Below are positions 30,340-41,700 of a stretch of 47,200 nt of DNA, one piece after another. Under the pieces are notes generated by a model. It was not told the origin of the DNA. It saw only the letters and a list, made by a program, of their open reading frames with translations, and did not search any database. Made by a program: the position numbers and the translations under genes. Each line of letters opens with the position of its first letter. Within the stretch, counting starts at the first letter, position 1. The DNA lies in IMG/VR virus record IMGVR_UViG_3300044699_000031, positions 1-47,200 of that record. The stretch is one strand, 5' to 3'. Origin of the DNA: a virus. Lineage: Duplodnaviria; Caudoviricetes.

Positions 30340-32565
30340 ATGGGTGAAGCCGTTTTCCAACGTGCCTTTGCCGGCGGCGAGCTGGCGCCGTCGCTGGCCG
30401 CCCGCGCCGACCAGGCGAAGTATCTGACCGGCCTGCGGACCTGCCGCAACTTCATCGTGCAGCGTCATGGCGGCGTCACCAACCGCGCCGGCACCCGGTT
30501 CGTCTTTCGGCAGCAAGCTCGACTCGACGGCGACGTTTCTGCTGCGCTACGTGTCTGCCGTCGACGGCGAGAGCGTGCTGATTGAGGCCGGCCCGAATTA
30601 CCTGCGCTTCTACAAGAACGGCGCGATCGTCCGGCTGACCGGCGTCGCTGCGTGGAACGCCGGCACGACCTACGCGGTCGGCGACATCGTCGTGAGCGGC
30701 GGCGTCAACTACTACGCGGTCGCCGCCGGCATCAACCACATCCCGCCCAACGCAGCGTTCTGGTATGCGATGCCGACCGACATCTTGGAGATTCCGACGC
30801 CGTTCGGGAACGCCGGATTCAACTGGTCGCAGTCGGGCAGCATCATCACGCTGACGTCGCTGCTGGTGCCACCGCACGAGCTAATTTACTTCTCGCTGAC
30901 GCACTGGGTGATCCAGCAGGTCAACACGGCGCCGGCCGTCAACCCGCCGACGGGACTGGCCGCCGTCGCAGGCGTCGCCGGAGCGCGCGACTATAAATAC
31001 GTCATCACGTCGGCGGCAGCGGACAGCTACGAGGAATCGATCGCGTCTAGCATCGTGCAGGTGTTCTGCGGCGAACCGACGAAGGACAACCCGAATCAAT
31101 TGAGCTGGACGCCACCAACCGGCGGCGCGGTCGCCGAGTATTACATCTATCTCGACCCATACGAGAACGGCACGTTCGGCTTTGTCGGCACAGCCACCGG
31201 CCAGACCACGTTCAAGGACGTCGGGTTCACGCCTGACTTTGCGGTCACGCCCCGCTGCCGCGCATCTTGTTCAACACGACGGACAACTACCCGGCGCGCT
31301 CGACCAACTATCAGCAGCGCCGGTTCTTCGCCAACACGAACAATGAGCCGGACGCCGTGTTCGGATCGCGCGTCGGGTTCCGCAGCAAACTTCAACATCA
31401 GCAGCCCGCTGCAGGACGACGACGCGCTGACGTTCAAGATAGCCGGCGACCAACACAACCCCGTGCGTCATCTCCTGGGCCTGAAGGCGCTCGAAGTGCT
31501 GACTGACGGCGGCGTGTGGACGGTCGGCCAGGCCAAGACCGCACTGACGCCGTCGAACATCCCGGCCGACCAGGAAACCTACAACGGCGTCGGCGGCGTC
31601 AAGCCGGTAGTCGTCGGCAACTCGATCCTGTATCAGCAGGCGCGCGGCGCGATCGTGCGCGACGTCCGGTTCGAGCAAGAGGTCGAAGGACTCGCCGGCC
31701 GCGACCTGACGCTGTTCGCTGCGCACCTGTTCGACGGTCGCACGCTGACGGCACTCGACTATCAGCAGACCCCGCACTCGATCGTGTGGGCCTGTCGATC
31801 GACGGCGCCCTGCTCGGCCTGACCTACCTGCGCGAACAAGAAGTCTGGGCTGGCACCGTCACGACTCTGGCGCTGGCGCGCTGTTCGAGGACGGTGTGTC
31901 GTGCCGGAAACCGACGAGGACGTCGTCTATCTCCTGGTCCGGCGGACGATCGGCGGCGTGTTCAAGCGCTACATCGAGCGTCTGGAGCGTCGCGAGATTC
32001 TGTCGTTCAACGCCGACTGTTTCTTCGTCGACGCCGGCCTGACCTACACAGGCGTGCCGGCGACGTCCGTCTCAGGGCTCGACCACTTGAACGGCCAGCT
32101 TGTCGCCGTCGTCGCTGACGGCCAGGTGATTTTCAACGGCGACGCATCGACCGCGACCGCCGCCCAGGTCACGGAGTTCACCGTCGCCGCCGGCACAATC
32201 CCGCACGTCTTTAACCCGGCGGCGAGTATCATTCACGTCGGGCTTGGTTACTTCGCCGACATCGAGACGTTGGATCTGGACGTGCAGGGCGTCGCCATCC
32301 GCGACAAGGCGAAACGAGTCGGCACCGTCCAAGTGCTGCTGAACGAGAGCTGTCGCACCTGGTGGGCTGGTCCGTCGACGACGCGCCTGGTGCAGGTCAA
32401 GCTGGAAGAAGCGGAGAGCGGCCTGGAGGAATCACCGTTCACCGGCCAGGAGAACATCAAGATCGAAAGCGACTGGAACGACTACGGGCGCGTCGTCATT
32501 CGCCAGAAGGACCCGCTGCCCTCGAAATTCTCGGCGTGCTGCCGATCGTAGAAGTAGGAGGATGA
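30340..32565 (+). CDS. Tail nozzle / tail tubular protein B
   Basis: FAGGELAPSL..RAD..KY..GL..CRNF.V..HGG..NR.GT.FV; YQQRRFFA; RDLTLFAAHLF; YQQTPHSIVW; YIERL; FFVDAG; SGLDHLNG. Confidence 0.9.
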
Positions 32566-32566
32566 G

Positions 32567-33100
32567 ATGCGACGACTGTTGATCGGTTCGATTCTGGCCC
32601 TAGTGCTCGGCACGCAGGCCACGCACGCGCAGCCGGATTTCTTTGTGATGCAGCCGTCACAAGTGTCTGGCATCACCGCCACCACGCTGACGCGGAACAC
32701 GTTCCGCCTGCCGCCTGGCGTCGAGCAGCTCGACATCCTGCTGAACATCACAGCCGGCGGGACCGCGACCGGCACCCTGCAGATTTATCTAGAGGACAGC
32801 GTCGACGGCGGCACGACCTGGGATGACGCGGTCAGCTCGCTGACGTTCGCCCTTGGCGCCGCCGCCGTCACGCAGCGCTTTTTTATCAGCACGGCGATCA
32901 TCCCGTCCGTTATCACGACGGCCGCCAGCACGAACATCACGCAGGGATCACCCGCGACGCAGGAAGCGCTGGCCGCCGGCAGCGCTCGCCAGGGACCGAT
33001 AGGCACGCAGTGGCGCGTGCGCGAGAAGCTGAGCGCCCCGTCGGGCTCACCCGTCGGCGCGACCTACACCATAACCGCCAGGGTGAAAGTAGGGATCTGA
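32567..33100 (+). CDS. Beta-sandwich protein with Sec-type signal peptide
   Basis: MRRLLIGSILALVLGTQATHA|Q; LLNITAGGTATGTLQIYLEDSVDGGTTWDD; intact ORF; AGGAGG RBS. Confidence 0.75.
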   Translation: MRRLLIGSILALVLGTQATHAQPDFFVMQPSQVSGITATTLTRNTFRLPPGVEQLDILLNITAGGTATGTLQIYLEDSVDGGTTWDDAVSSLTFALGAAAVTQRFFISTAIIPSVITTAASTNITQGSPATQEALAAGSARQGPIGTQWRVREKLSAPSGSPVGATYTITARVKVGI

Positions 33101-33436
33101 TGGCCGACACGAAGCTGACGTCCATGAAAATCTCGAAGGCCGAGCGTGAAGCGCGCTACTCCGAGAAGTCGATTCGCGACCGAGGGACCGATGTATCCCT
33201 ACGGCCTGTCGGTCAGCCTGGATAATGAGAGCATGGAGAAGTTGGGCCTGGAAGCCGGCGACATGACGGTCGGCAGCTCCATGGTCCTGGTCGCCAAGGT
33301 TGAAGTGTGCAGCGTGTCGTCGAGTGAATACAAAGGCGGCGATCCGAATCAGTCGGTCACGCTGCAGATCACCGACATGTGTCTCGAAGCGGAAGGCGCG
33401 AAGGCGTCGGACGCGGCGGGCGCGCTCTACAAGTAG
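33100..33436 (+). CDS. Capsid staple-like protein (epsilon15 gp10 type)
   Basis: YPYGLSVSLDNESMEKLGL...VG....L.AKVEV.SVS.....SV.LQITDM; indel near 33175. Confidence 0.7.
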
Positions 33437-34018
33437 ATGGCTGGACTGACGCTCACAGCGATTTCGCTCGGCCTGGCGGCAGCCGGCACAGCGACGCAGG
33501 TCTACGGCCAGGTGAAGGCCGGCCAGGCACAGCGCGAAGCCGGCAAGAACGCGAAGAAGGCCAGCGAGAGCCAGGCGCAGCTCGCAGACTTCAATGCCAG
33601 CGTCGCCGAGCTGCAGGCCAAGGACGCCATCGAGCGCGGCGCCGAAAGCGAAAGCCGGTTCCGCACGACTATCCGGTCGACGATCGGTTCACAGCGCGCG
33701 GGGTTCGCTGCGCAGAACGTCGACGTCGGATACGGATCGCCGGTTGACGTCCAAGCGGACAGCGCGTTCCTGGGCGAGCTGGACGCCTACAAGATCCGCA
33801 ACAACGCGGCGCGCGAAGCCTGGGGCTACAACGTGCAGGCGCAGGATCTGCACAAACGCGCGGAGATAACCCGGAAGGAAGGCGTTTATCTTGAAGCGGC
33901 CGGCCGACAGAACCAGAGCGCGTCGAACCTGGCCGCCGCCGGCAGCCTGATCGGCGGTGCTGGTTCGCTGCTGCAAATGAAATACGGGTTCGACAAAGCC
34001 TCACGGATGGGTGGATAA
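33437..34018 (+). CDS. Internal virion (ejection) protein, small
   Basis: Ala/Gly/Gln-rich; AKDAIERG...GSQRAGFAA.NVD...GS..D...IR.NA.REAWG. Confidence 0.8.
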   Translation: MAGLTLTAISLGLAAAGTATQVYGQVKAGQAQREAGKNAKKASESQAQLADFNASVAELQAKDAIERGAESESRFRTTIRSTIGSQRAGFAAQNVDVGYGSPVDVQADSAFLGELDAYKIRNNAAREAWGYNVQAQDLHKRAEITRKEGVYLEAAGRQNQSASNLAAAGSLIGGAGSLLQMKYGFDKASRMGG

Positions 34019-35743
34019 ATGCCCGTCGTCACCTACGGCCCGAGCAAGGTCGGCACCGATGCGCTGCCAGGTGTCCGGAAGCAATCGGCCGAGACGAACC
34101 TGTCGGAAGGCGTCGGCCTGGAGCAGGCACGGGCGAACAAGTTCGAGTCGCTGGCCAGGGTCGGAGAAACCATCAGCGGCGTCGCGCGTGAGACGTATCG
34201 CCAGGCGCGGCTGGTCCAGAAACAGGAGAAGGATCGCGCCGACGAAATCGCCCTGCTCGACGCACAGAATCAGCTCGACGCCTGGGAACATCCCCGACTC
34301 TACGACCCGGAAACCGGCGCGCTGAACACGCGCGGCAAGAACGCCATGGGCCTGCCCGAGGCCGTCGGCAAGGAATACGAAGACGTCACGGGCAAGATCG
34401 CCGAGGGCCTGGGCAACGACCGCCAGCGGTTCATGTTCGCCAGGCTGAAGCAGCAGCGTGGCGCTGCGCTCGACCTGAACCTACAGCGGCATGTGTCGCA
34501 GGAGATTCAGCGCTACGAGGGCCAGGAGCTGCAGGCCACCGTCAGCAACGCGACCGGCAACGCCATCGCCAACGCATCGGACCCGCGCCGCGTCGGCATG
34601 GAACTCGGCCGCGCGATCGAAGCGATCAACACGCACGCGCCGCGACTCGGACTCGGCCCCGAGCAAATCGCCGAGCAGATCAGCGCCGTCCAAACGAAGA
34701 CGCACGAGGGCGTCATCGAGCAATTGCTGGCCGAGGACCAGACCAAAACCGCGCAGGTCTATTTCGAGGAAACGAAGTCGCAGATCACCGGCCCCGCCGT
34801 AGCTCGCATTGAGAAGGCGCTGGAAGCCGGCAAGACGAAGGCCGAAGCGCAGAAGCAGGCGGATGCCATCATCGCAGCCGGCGGCACGCTGACCGAGCAG
34901 CGGACCAAGGCCAGGGCGATCGAAGATCCGACTGTCCGCGACGCGGTCATGCAGCGCATCGAGCACGAGGACGCCGTCAACGACCGCATCCAGCGGGAGG
35001 CCGAGCAGGCGAGACTCAATAACGCCTACAGCATCGTCGACAAGACCAAGAGCGTCGACAACATCTCGCCGGCCGACCAGGTCGCCCTGGCCACGCACAT
35101 GCCGGCGCTGCGCGCCTACGCCCTGCAGCGCGCGAAGGGTCTGCCGATCGAAACCGACTACCCAACCTACTACGGGCTAATGACGAAGGCCGGCGACGAC
35201 CCGGCCGCATTCGTCAAGGAGAACCTGCTGGCCTATCGGTCGAAGCTGGACGACGGTGAGTTCAAGCAGCTCGCCGACCTGCAGCTCCGTATCAAGGCCG
35301 GCGACCGCAACGCGGCCGACAAGGCTACCGGATCGTTCCGCACGCATCAGCAGATCGCCAACAACTCCCTAACGTCCTACGGCATCGACCCGACGCCGAA
35401 AGAAGGGACCGCCGAGGCGAAGGCCGTCGCGCAGTTCTACCGGATGCTCGACGTGCGCGTGTCCGCGCTCGGCAAGGAGAAGCCGACCAACGACGACATC
35501 CAAGCGATCGCCGACGACCTGCTGTCGACGAGCGTCGACGTCAAAGGGTCATGGTGGAACATCTGGCCAGGCGGTAAACCGTTCTTCGACAACTCCAAGA
35601 AAGTCATCGAGCAAACGATCGCCGACGTGCCCGACGACAAGCGGAAGCTGATCGAGCAGAGCCTGCGCGCCAACGGCCAGCGCGTCACCGACGAAACCGT
35701 TCTGAACGTCTGGATCGAACACACCGCACGGAAGAAGCGCTAA
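34019..35743 (+). CDS. Internal virion (ejection) protein, middle (574 aa)
   Basis: Intact helical ORF; LYDPETGALNTRGKNAMG; position between the small and large ejection genes. Confidence 0.75.
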   Translation: MPVVTYGPSKVGTDALPGVRKQSAETNLSEGVGLEQARANKFESLARVGETISGVARETYRQARLVQKQEKDRADEIALLDAQNQLDAWEHPRLYDPETGALNTRGKNAMGLPEAVGKEYEDVTGKIAEGLGNDRQRFMFARLKQQRGAALDLNLQRHVSQEIQRYEGQELQATVSNATGNAIANASDPRRVGMELGRAIEAINTHAPRLGLGPEQIAEQISAVQTKTHEGVIEQLLAEDQTKTAQVYFEETKSQITGPAVARIEKALEAGKTKAEAQKQADAIIAAGGTLTEQRTKARAIEDPTVRDAVMQRIEHEDAVNDRIQREAEQARLNNAYSIVDKTKSVDNISPADQVALATHMPALRAYALQRAKGLPIETDYPTYYGLMTKAGDDPAAFVKENLLAYRSKLDDGEFKQLADLQLRIKAGDRNAADKATGSFRTHQQIANNSLTSYGIDPTPKEGTAEAKAVAQFYRMLDVRVSALGKEKPTNDDIQAIADDLLSTSVDVKGSWWNIWPGGKPFFDNSKKVIEQTIADVPDDKRKLIEQSLRANGQRVTDETVLNVWIEHTARKKR

Positions 35744-35744
35744 C

Positions 35745-38700
35745 GTGGCGCTCAACGAGTTCGACGAGACGGTCGAGCAACTGGCGCCGACGGCACAGAA
35801 GCCGACGCAGCCCAACGAGTTCGACGAGACGGTCAGGGCGCTGACGTCCGGCAGCCAGCAGAAGCTGCGCACCACGCTGCAGCAGGCGAAGCCGGAGTCG
35901 CCCGATCGCGCGGCCGAGGCGCGGACCCTGGGCGAACAGTTCGGCCTGCCGCCGGCCGTCGTGCTGCGCAACTTCGACACCATTAAGAAGCGCGCGGCGG
36001 TCACGATGCCCCCGGTGGAATCGGTGCTGCGCGAAACGCCGGCACTCGGCGAGTGGGCATCGAACCCGCAGAATGCCGCCGTCAGCCACGACGACATGGA
36101 GCAGCTCGGCGCCCTGGAGTGGCTGGTCACAGCGCCGCAGCGCGCATTCGCGCAAGGCGTCAACCAGTTCCGCTACGGCCAGCTTCGCAGCGAATCCCTG
36201 TTCCGCGACCTGACGCAGGCCGAGCAGGACCTGCTCAACTCCTACAAGTTCGGCATGGAGAACGGCGGCGCTCTCGGCACGGGCGGACGGTCCTGGTTTG
36301 CCGGCGCGGTCACGGGCGCGTCGCAGCAACTACCCAACCTGTTCGGCGCCGGACTCTACGGCATCAAATACGGGATCGCGGGCGCGCTCGAAACAGGCGC
36401 GGCGGGCGCCGTCGCCGGCAGCATCTTGCCTGGCGCTGGCACGGTCAGCGGCGCGGTCGCTGGCGCCGGCTACGGATTCACCGCCGGCATGCTCTACGGC
36501 GGCTGGAAGACGACCGCGCAGCTTGAGGCCGGCCTGGCCTACGACGAGTATCTGGGCTTCAAGGACGAGCACGGGCAGCCCCTGGACCCTGCTGTCGCGA
36601 AGGCCGCCGCCCTGGCCACTGGCGCCATCAACGGCGGCATCGAGCTGGTCGCCCTGGAGAAGCTGGTCAAATCGATCCCTGGCATCCGGAAGCTCGGAAG
36701 CGTCGGCGTCAAGGCAGCCGTCGGCCAGGCGCTCAGGGTTCCGACCGTGCGCGCGGCACTCTACGAAGCGGTCAAGAGCTACGGCGGCACGCTCGGCACC
36801 GAGGCGGCGACCGAAGTCGCACAACGCGCCATCACCATCCTGAGCGGCGAGCTGGCGAAGGCCAGCGGCGCGGTCGGCCAGGTGCCTGGTCAGACCGAGC
36901 GCGGGAACGTCGACCTGTTCGCACAGCCCAAGGTCACGAATCCGGACGGCACGACGTCGACGGTCGACAGTCTCAGCGTCAACATCGACGGCCAGGAGGT
37001 TCTCCTGCCGACCGTCACGCCCGACGGCCGACACCTGAAATCGCCCGAGGAAGCGATTGCGGAGTATCAGCAGAGCGGCAAGCATCTCGGCAAGTTCGAC
37101 TCGCCGGCATCGGCCACGGCCTACGCGCAGCAACTACACGAGGATTACGCCGCCGGCAAATACGATCAGAAAAGCAAGTTCCGATCGGGCACGTCAATCG
37201 TGGAAGACCTGGTCGGCGAGTTCGCTGGCGCCATCCAAGGTTTCGCGCTGACGGTTCTGCCCGGTCCCCGCGATGGACGTCGTCATCGGCGCGCAACGCG
37301 CCCGACGCGCCGAGCACAATGCCACCTTTTTCAAGGCACTCGGCGAAGGCGTCGCCAACAGCAAGACCGCACAGCGGTTGCCAGAGGCGGCCCAGGCGTT
37401 CATCGCGGAGGCAACGAAGAACGGACCCCTCGACACGCTCTACGCCCCGCTGGACACCTGGAACACCTACTGGCAGAGCAAGGGCCTGGACCCCGAGGAA
37501 GTCGCCAAGGACGTCACCGGCCGCGCTGAGGCGTATCAGCTCGCCATGAACACGGGCGGCGACCTGGCCATCCCGACGGCGCGCTACGCCGTCAAGCTGG
37601 CGGCGACCGAGCACAACGGGTATTTCGCCAACGAGCTGCGACTCGGCCCTGATGAAATGAACGTGCGCGAGGCGGACGCCTTCGCCGAGCAGCTCAAGAC
37701 GGTCGGCGACGCGACCTGAGGCCAAGGACGTCAGCCCCGCCGCCCCGATCCGGACGGCGATGCTGGCGCAACTGAAGAACGCCGGCATCCCGGCATCGAC
37801 CGCCGACGCCTACGCCGGCCTGTATGAGGCGGCCATCGGCACGATCGCGGAACGGGCTGGCGTCGACCCGGTTGCGCTCTACGAGCGCTACGGCCTGAAG
37901 GTCGAGCGTCCGGAATTGATACAGGCGGAAAAGGCCCAGGAGACGGCCCAGGCGCCACCAGGAGAGGCGACGGACGTCAGCCAGCAAACGGACGACCGAG
38001 GGCAGAAGCTCGGAGAGGGCGCCACGGCAGGCCCGCCCGTGGGGCAGCCTGAGCGTAGGACGAGTCAACAGGGTCCGCCAGCCGGCCAGGCCGAGCGCCG
38101 GCAGCAGCTCGACCGCCCGATCGACGTCATGTCGAACGTCGGCGAAGCCGCCGTCCAGATGATCCGCGAGGGCATCAAGCCAGGCACTGGCGGCGCCCGC
38201 GCCGTGTTCCTGGCGCATGGTCCGGAGGGTCCGCTTTACAACATCATCGGCGGCCGGAGTGATCGGTCGACCGCCACGGCCGAGGGCCTGACCGCCCAGG
38301 GTATCCCGATCCCCGAAACCCCGCCCGACACTGGCGAGCGCCTGAGCGGCGCGCAGATCCGCGAGCGCATGCTGGCGAGTCAGAAGCTGGCCGAGGCGCC
38401 GGAGCCCGTGCTCGAAGCGACGCCGGCCCCCCAGGCCAGCCTGTCGGAAGGATTCCGCGCCGAGATTGCGGAGCTGAAGGCAAAGCGCGACGCATGGGCG
38501 AAGCAGGTCGCCGAGCGGTTCGCCAGCCAGGGCAGCGTCCGCACGACCAACAAGTCGGGCGTCGTCCACCTGGTGCACGAGAGCACGCGCGAGCCTGGCC
38601 GGATTCAGATCACGTCGTTCGACGAGAACGGCGAACCAAGCGGACACATCACCGTCGACTCGATCGCTGAAGCCGCCAAGGAATTGACGGGCGACACGAT

Positions 38701-41700
38701 CATCGGCGAGACTGGAGCACCCGATGCCGGTGGATCTCAAGAGAGTGGATACGCTGATCGACTCAGGGACGCCCGTGAGCGTGGCGTTCCGGCAAGCTAT
38801 CCGCGAGAGCGCGAGAAGCCAGCCCAACGCGCCGAGCGCCGGCAGCGCCACTACGACGCCGCCTTCGCCGACCTCCTCGACGCCGCGCGTTCACTAGTCC
38901 CAGACGTCGACGAGCAGGAGCTGCGCGGGAATTTGATTTCCGCGTCGACGCCCTGGAGGCCCGCCTACAGGATGAGCGCGAGAGCGGCCACAACTCCACC
39001 GACCTGCTGCGCGCCATCGCCGGCTACGGCGGCCTGAACACCGTCGACTCGACGTTCCCCGGAGAAGTCAAGTTCCTGCAGGACGGCGCCAAGTTCGGCC
39101 GGATCGCTGGCGTCGCCAAAGTGTTCCAGAAGTCGGGCGTGTCGATCGACGACATGATCACGCAGCTTCGCCAGGACCAACGGTTTCCAGTGGATCGAAA
39201 ACGCGACGATGCTGATCGACGCGATCGACGACGCGATCCGCCATCCGCCGCAAGCCGACTACTTCCCTGGGAACGGCGAGCTGTGGACTGAGGCGAACAT
39301 GGACCCGACGCGCGACTGGTGGACGGACACCTGGCGCCCGGTGAACCTGCTGGCCGAAGAAAGCGACATGCTCGACCTGGGCGAGGAAGGCGACACGTCA
39401 TTCAACATCGCGGAGTTCGACCAGTCGCTGTTCGACGATCTGACGCCGCCCGATGCTACGGCCGACGAGCTGACGACGCAGAGCGCGAAGACCGACGTGC
39501 AGGAGCGCGCGGAGAAACCGCCCGAGCTGCCGAAGGCGCGACCGTTCCGAGTCGGCGACAAGGTCAGCTTTCTGGCGAGTGCCCCGCGATGGTGAGACGA
39601 CGCGCCTGCACGGGACCATCACCAAGGTCACGCCGACGGAGTTCAAGGCGCAGATCGAAGGCAGTAGCCGCGTCGTCCACGTCCGCCCTGACGCGCGCCA
39701 GGCGAAGCACGCTGACGACGTGCTCGACACTGGCGAGATACAGACCAGGCTGCCAGGCGCCGAGGCTGTGCGCGAGACGGAAGTCGCGACGCCAGAATTT
39801 GAAGCGCCATTCTCCCTGACGTCGGAAGTCGCCGAGCGTAAGGGCAAACAAACGACGCTGTTCCAGTCGGAGACACTGACGCCGGATCTGCTGAAGCGCT
39901 GGACCGAAGACGTCAAGCGTCGCGCCGGCAGCGACCTGCGCGAGTTCAACGTCGACCTTACGCGCGAGGGCGACCTGCACCTGGATCTGCTGGTCGTCGA
40001 GCGCGGCGCCCAACGTGCCGGCCTTGGTTCCAAGGTGATGAAGGAGCTGACGCGGTTCGCCGACGCGCACGGCCGCCGGCTGACACTGCAGCTCGCCAAC
40101 AAGAACGACCGTTTCGGCACTACGTCGCGCGCCCGCCTGGTGAAGTTCTATAAGCGCTTCGGGTTCGTCGAGAACAAGGGACGCTACAAAGACTTCGCGC
40201 TGAGCCTTTACGCGCACATGTATCGCGAGCCGTCGCTGCCAGGGCGCGAGGGTAATCGCAACGATCGCGGCGCCAACCTGAAAGCCTGGTTCGGTGACAG
40301 CCAGGTCGTCGACGAGGACGGCGATCCGCTGGTCGTCTACCACGGCACCACGGCCAACTTCGACACGTTCGACGCCGAGCGCGGCAACATCGAGTCAGAC
40401 TTTGGGAAGGGCATTTACTTCAGCAACAACCCGCGCGACGTCGGCGCCAACTACGCCGGCATCGGCCCCGACCTGACGGCGAAACTGGAGCAGGATCGCG
40501 AGCGCCTGCTGCAGGAATACGAATACGACACCGACACCCAGAAGCGCGTCGCCGATTACATGCAGCGCCACGGCCTGGTCAGCGAGGGCGACGCCATCGA
40601 GCGCATGAGCAGCGAACGGTTCGTCCAGCACCTGGGCCTGACGATGCCCGTCTATCTGAAGCTGGAGAACCCGGTCATCATCGGCGGCCCGAATGAAACC
40701 CGCCTGGAGATGGAGCAGCAGATCGACGAGGAAGGCGAGTTCATCGACGAGGAACCGACCGGCACCCTAGTCCGGTTTGCTACGGCGCTGAAGGAGCTGG
40801 CCGGCGAAGATGCGATCCCTGGGCTGAACCGGATATTCGAGCAGGCCGACTACGAGAGCATCACCGCCAAGCAGATCGTGCAGATCCTGAAGGCGGACGC
40901 GCGCTTCTCGACGCGCGAGAACAGGGAAACCGGCGAGTTCGACGGCGCCGAGCTGGTGCGCCAGGCATTCGAGAAAGCGGGATTCGACGGCATCATCGAC
41001 CACTCCGTCGACGAGAAGTTCGGATCGCAGCGCCGGATCGGCAAGTCGATGGAAGGCATGGACGAAGAAACCGTCCACTACATCGCGTTCCGACCGGACC
41101 AGATCAAGAGCGCGATCGGCAACGCCGGCACGTTCGACCCGGCCACGCCCAACATCCTGTTCCAAGGTGAGCCCGCCGGCCGCATCAAGGTCAAGGAAGT
41201 GCGCGGCGCGATCCGGTTCGGTCCCGACCGGCAGTTCACCATCAGCTTGCTACAGCGCGCCGACCTGTCGACGTTCCTGCACGAGTCTGGACATTTCTTT
41301 TTCGAGGTATTCGCCGACGTCGCCGACCAGGCCCGCGCGATTGCGGAAGCCGAGCGCACGCCGCTGCAGCAGCAGCTCATCGCCGACTACGACCAGGCGC
41401 TGAAGGAGTTCGGCGCAAAATCGCGAGCCGACGTCGGCACCAAGCAGCACGAGCAATTCGCGCGCAGCTTCGAGGCGTATCTGTTCGAGGGCAAAGCGCC
41501 GAGCCTGGAGCTGCAGCCGTTGTTCTCCCGGTTCCGCGCCTGGCTGACCGGCGTCTACCGGACCTTGCGCCGGCTGAACGTCGAGTTATCGCCGGAAGTG
41601 CGCCGCGTGTTCGATCGCCTGCTGGCCAGCGACCGCGCCATCGCGGACGCGGAAGCGCGTCGTGGCGTCGCCCCGATGTTTCTCACGGCCGCCGAGGCCG

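Noticed and set aside
35753-35834. CRISPR-like repeat-spacer-repeat (22 bp, 38-nt gap)
   Set aside because: There are only two copies, in frame, encoding a peptide repeat at the protein N-terminus, and no cas genes.
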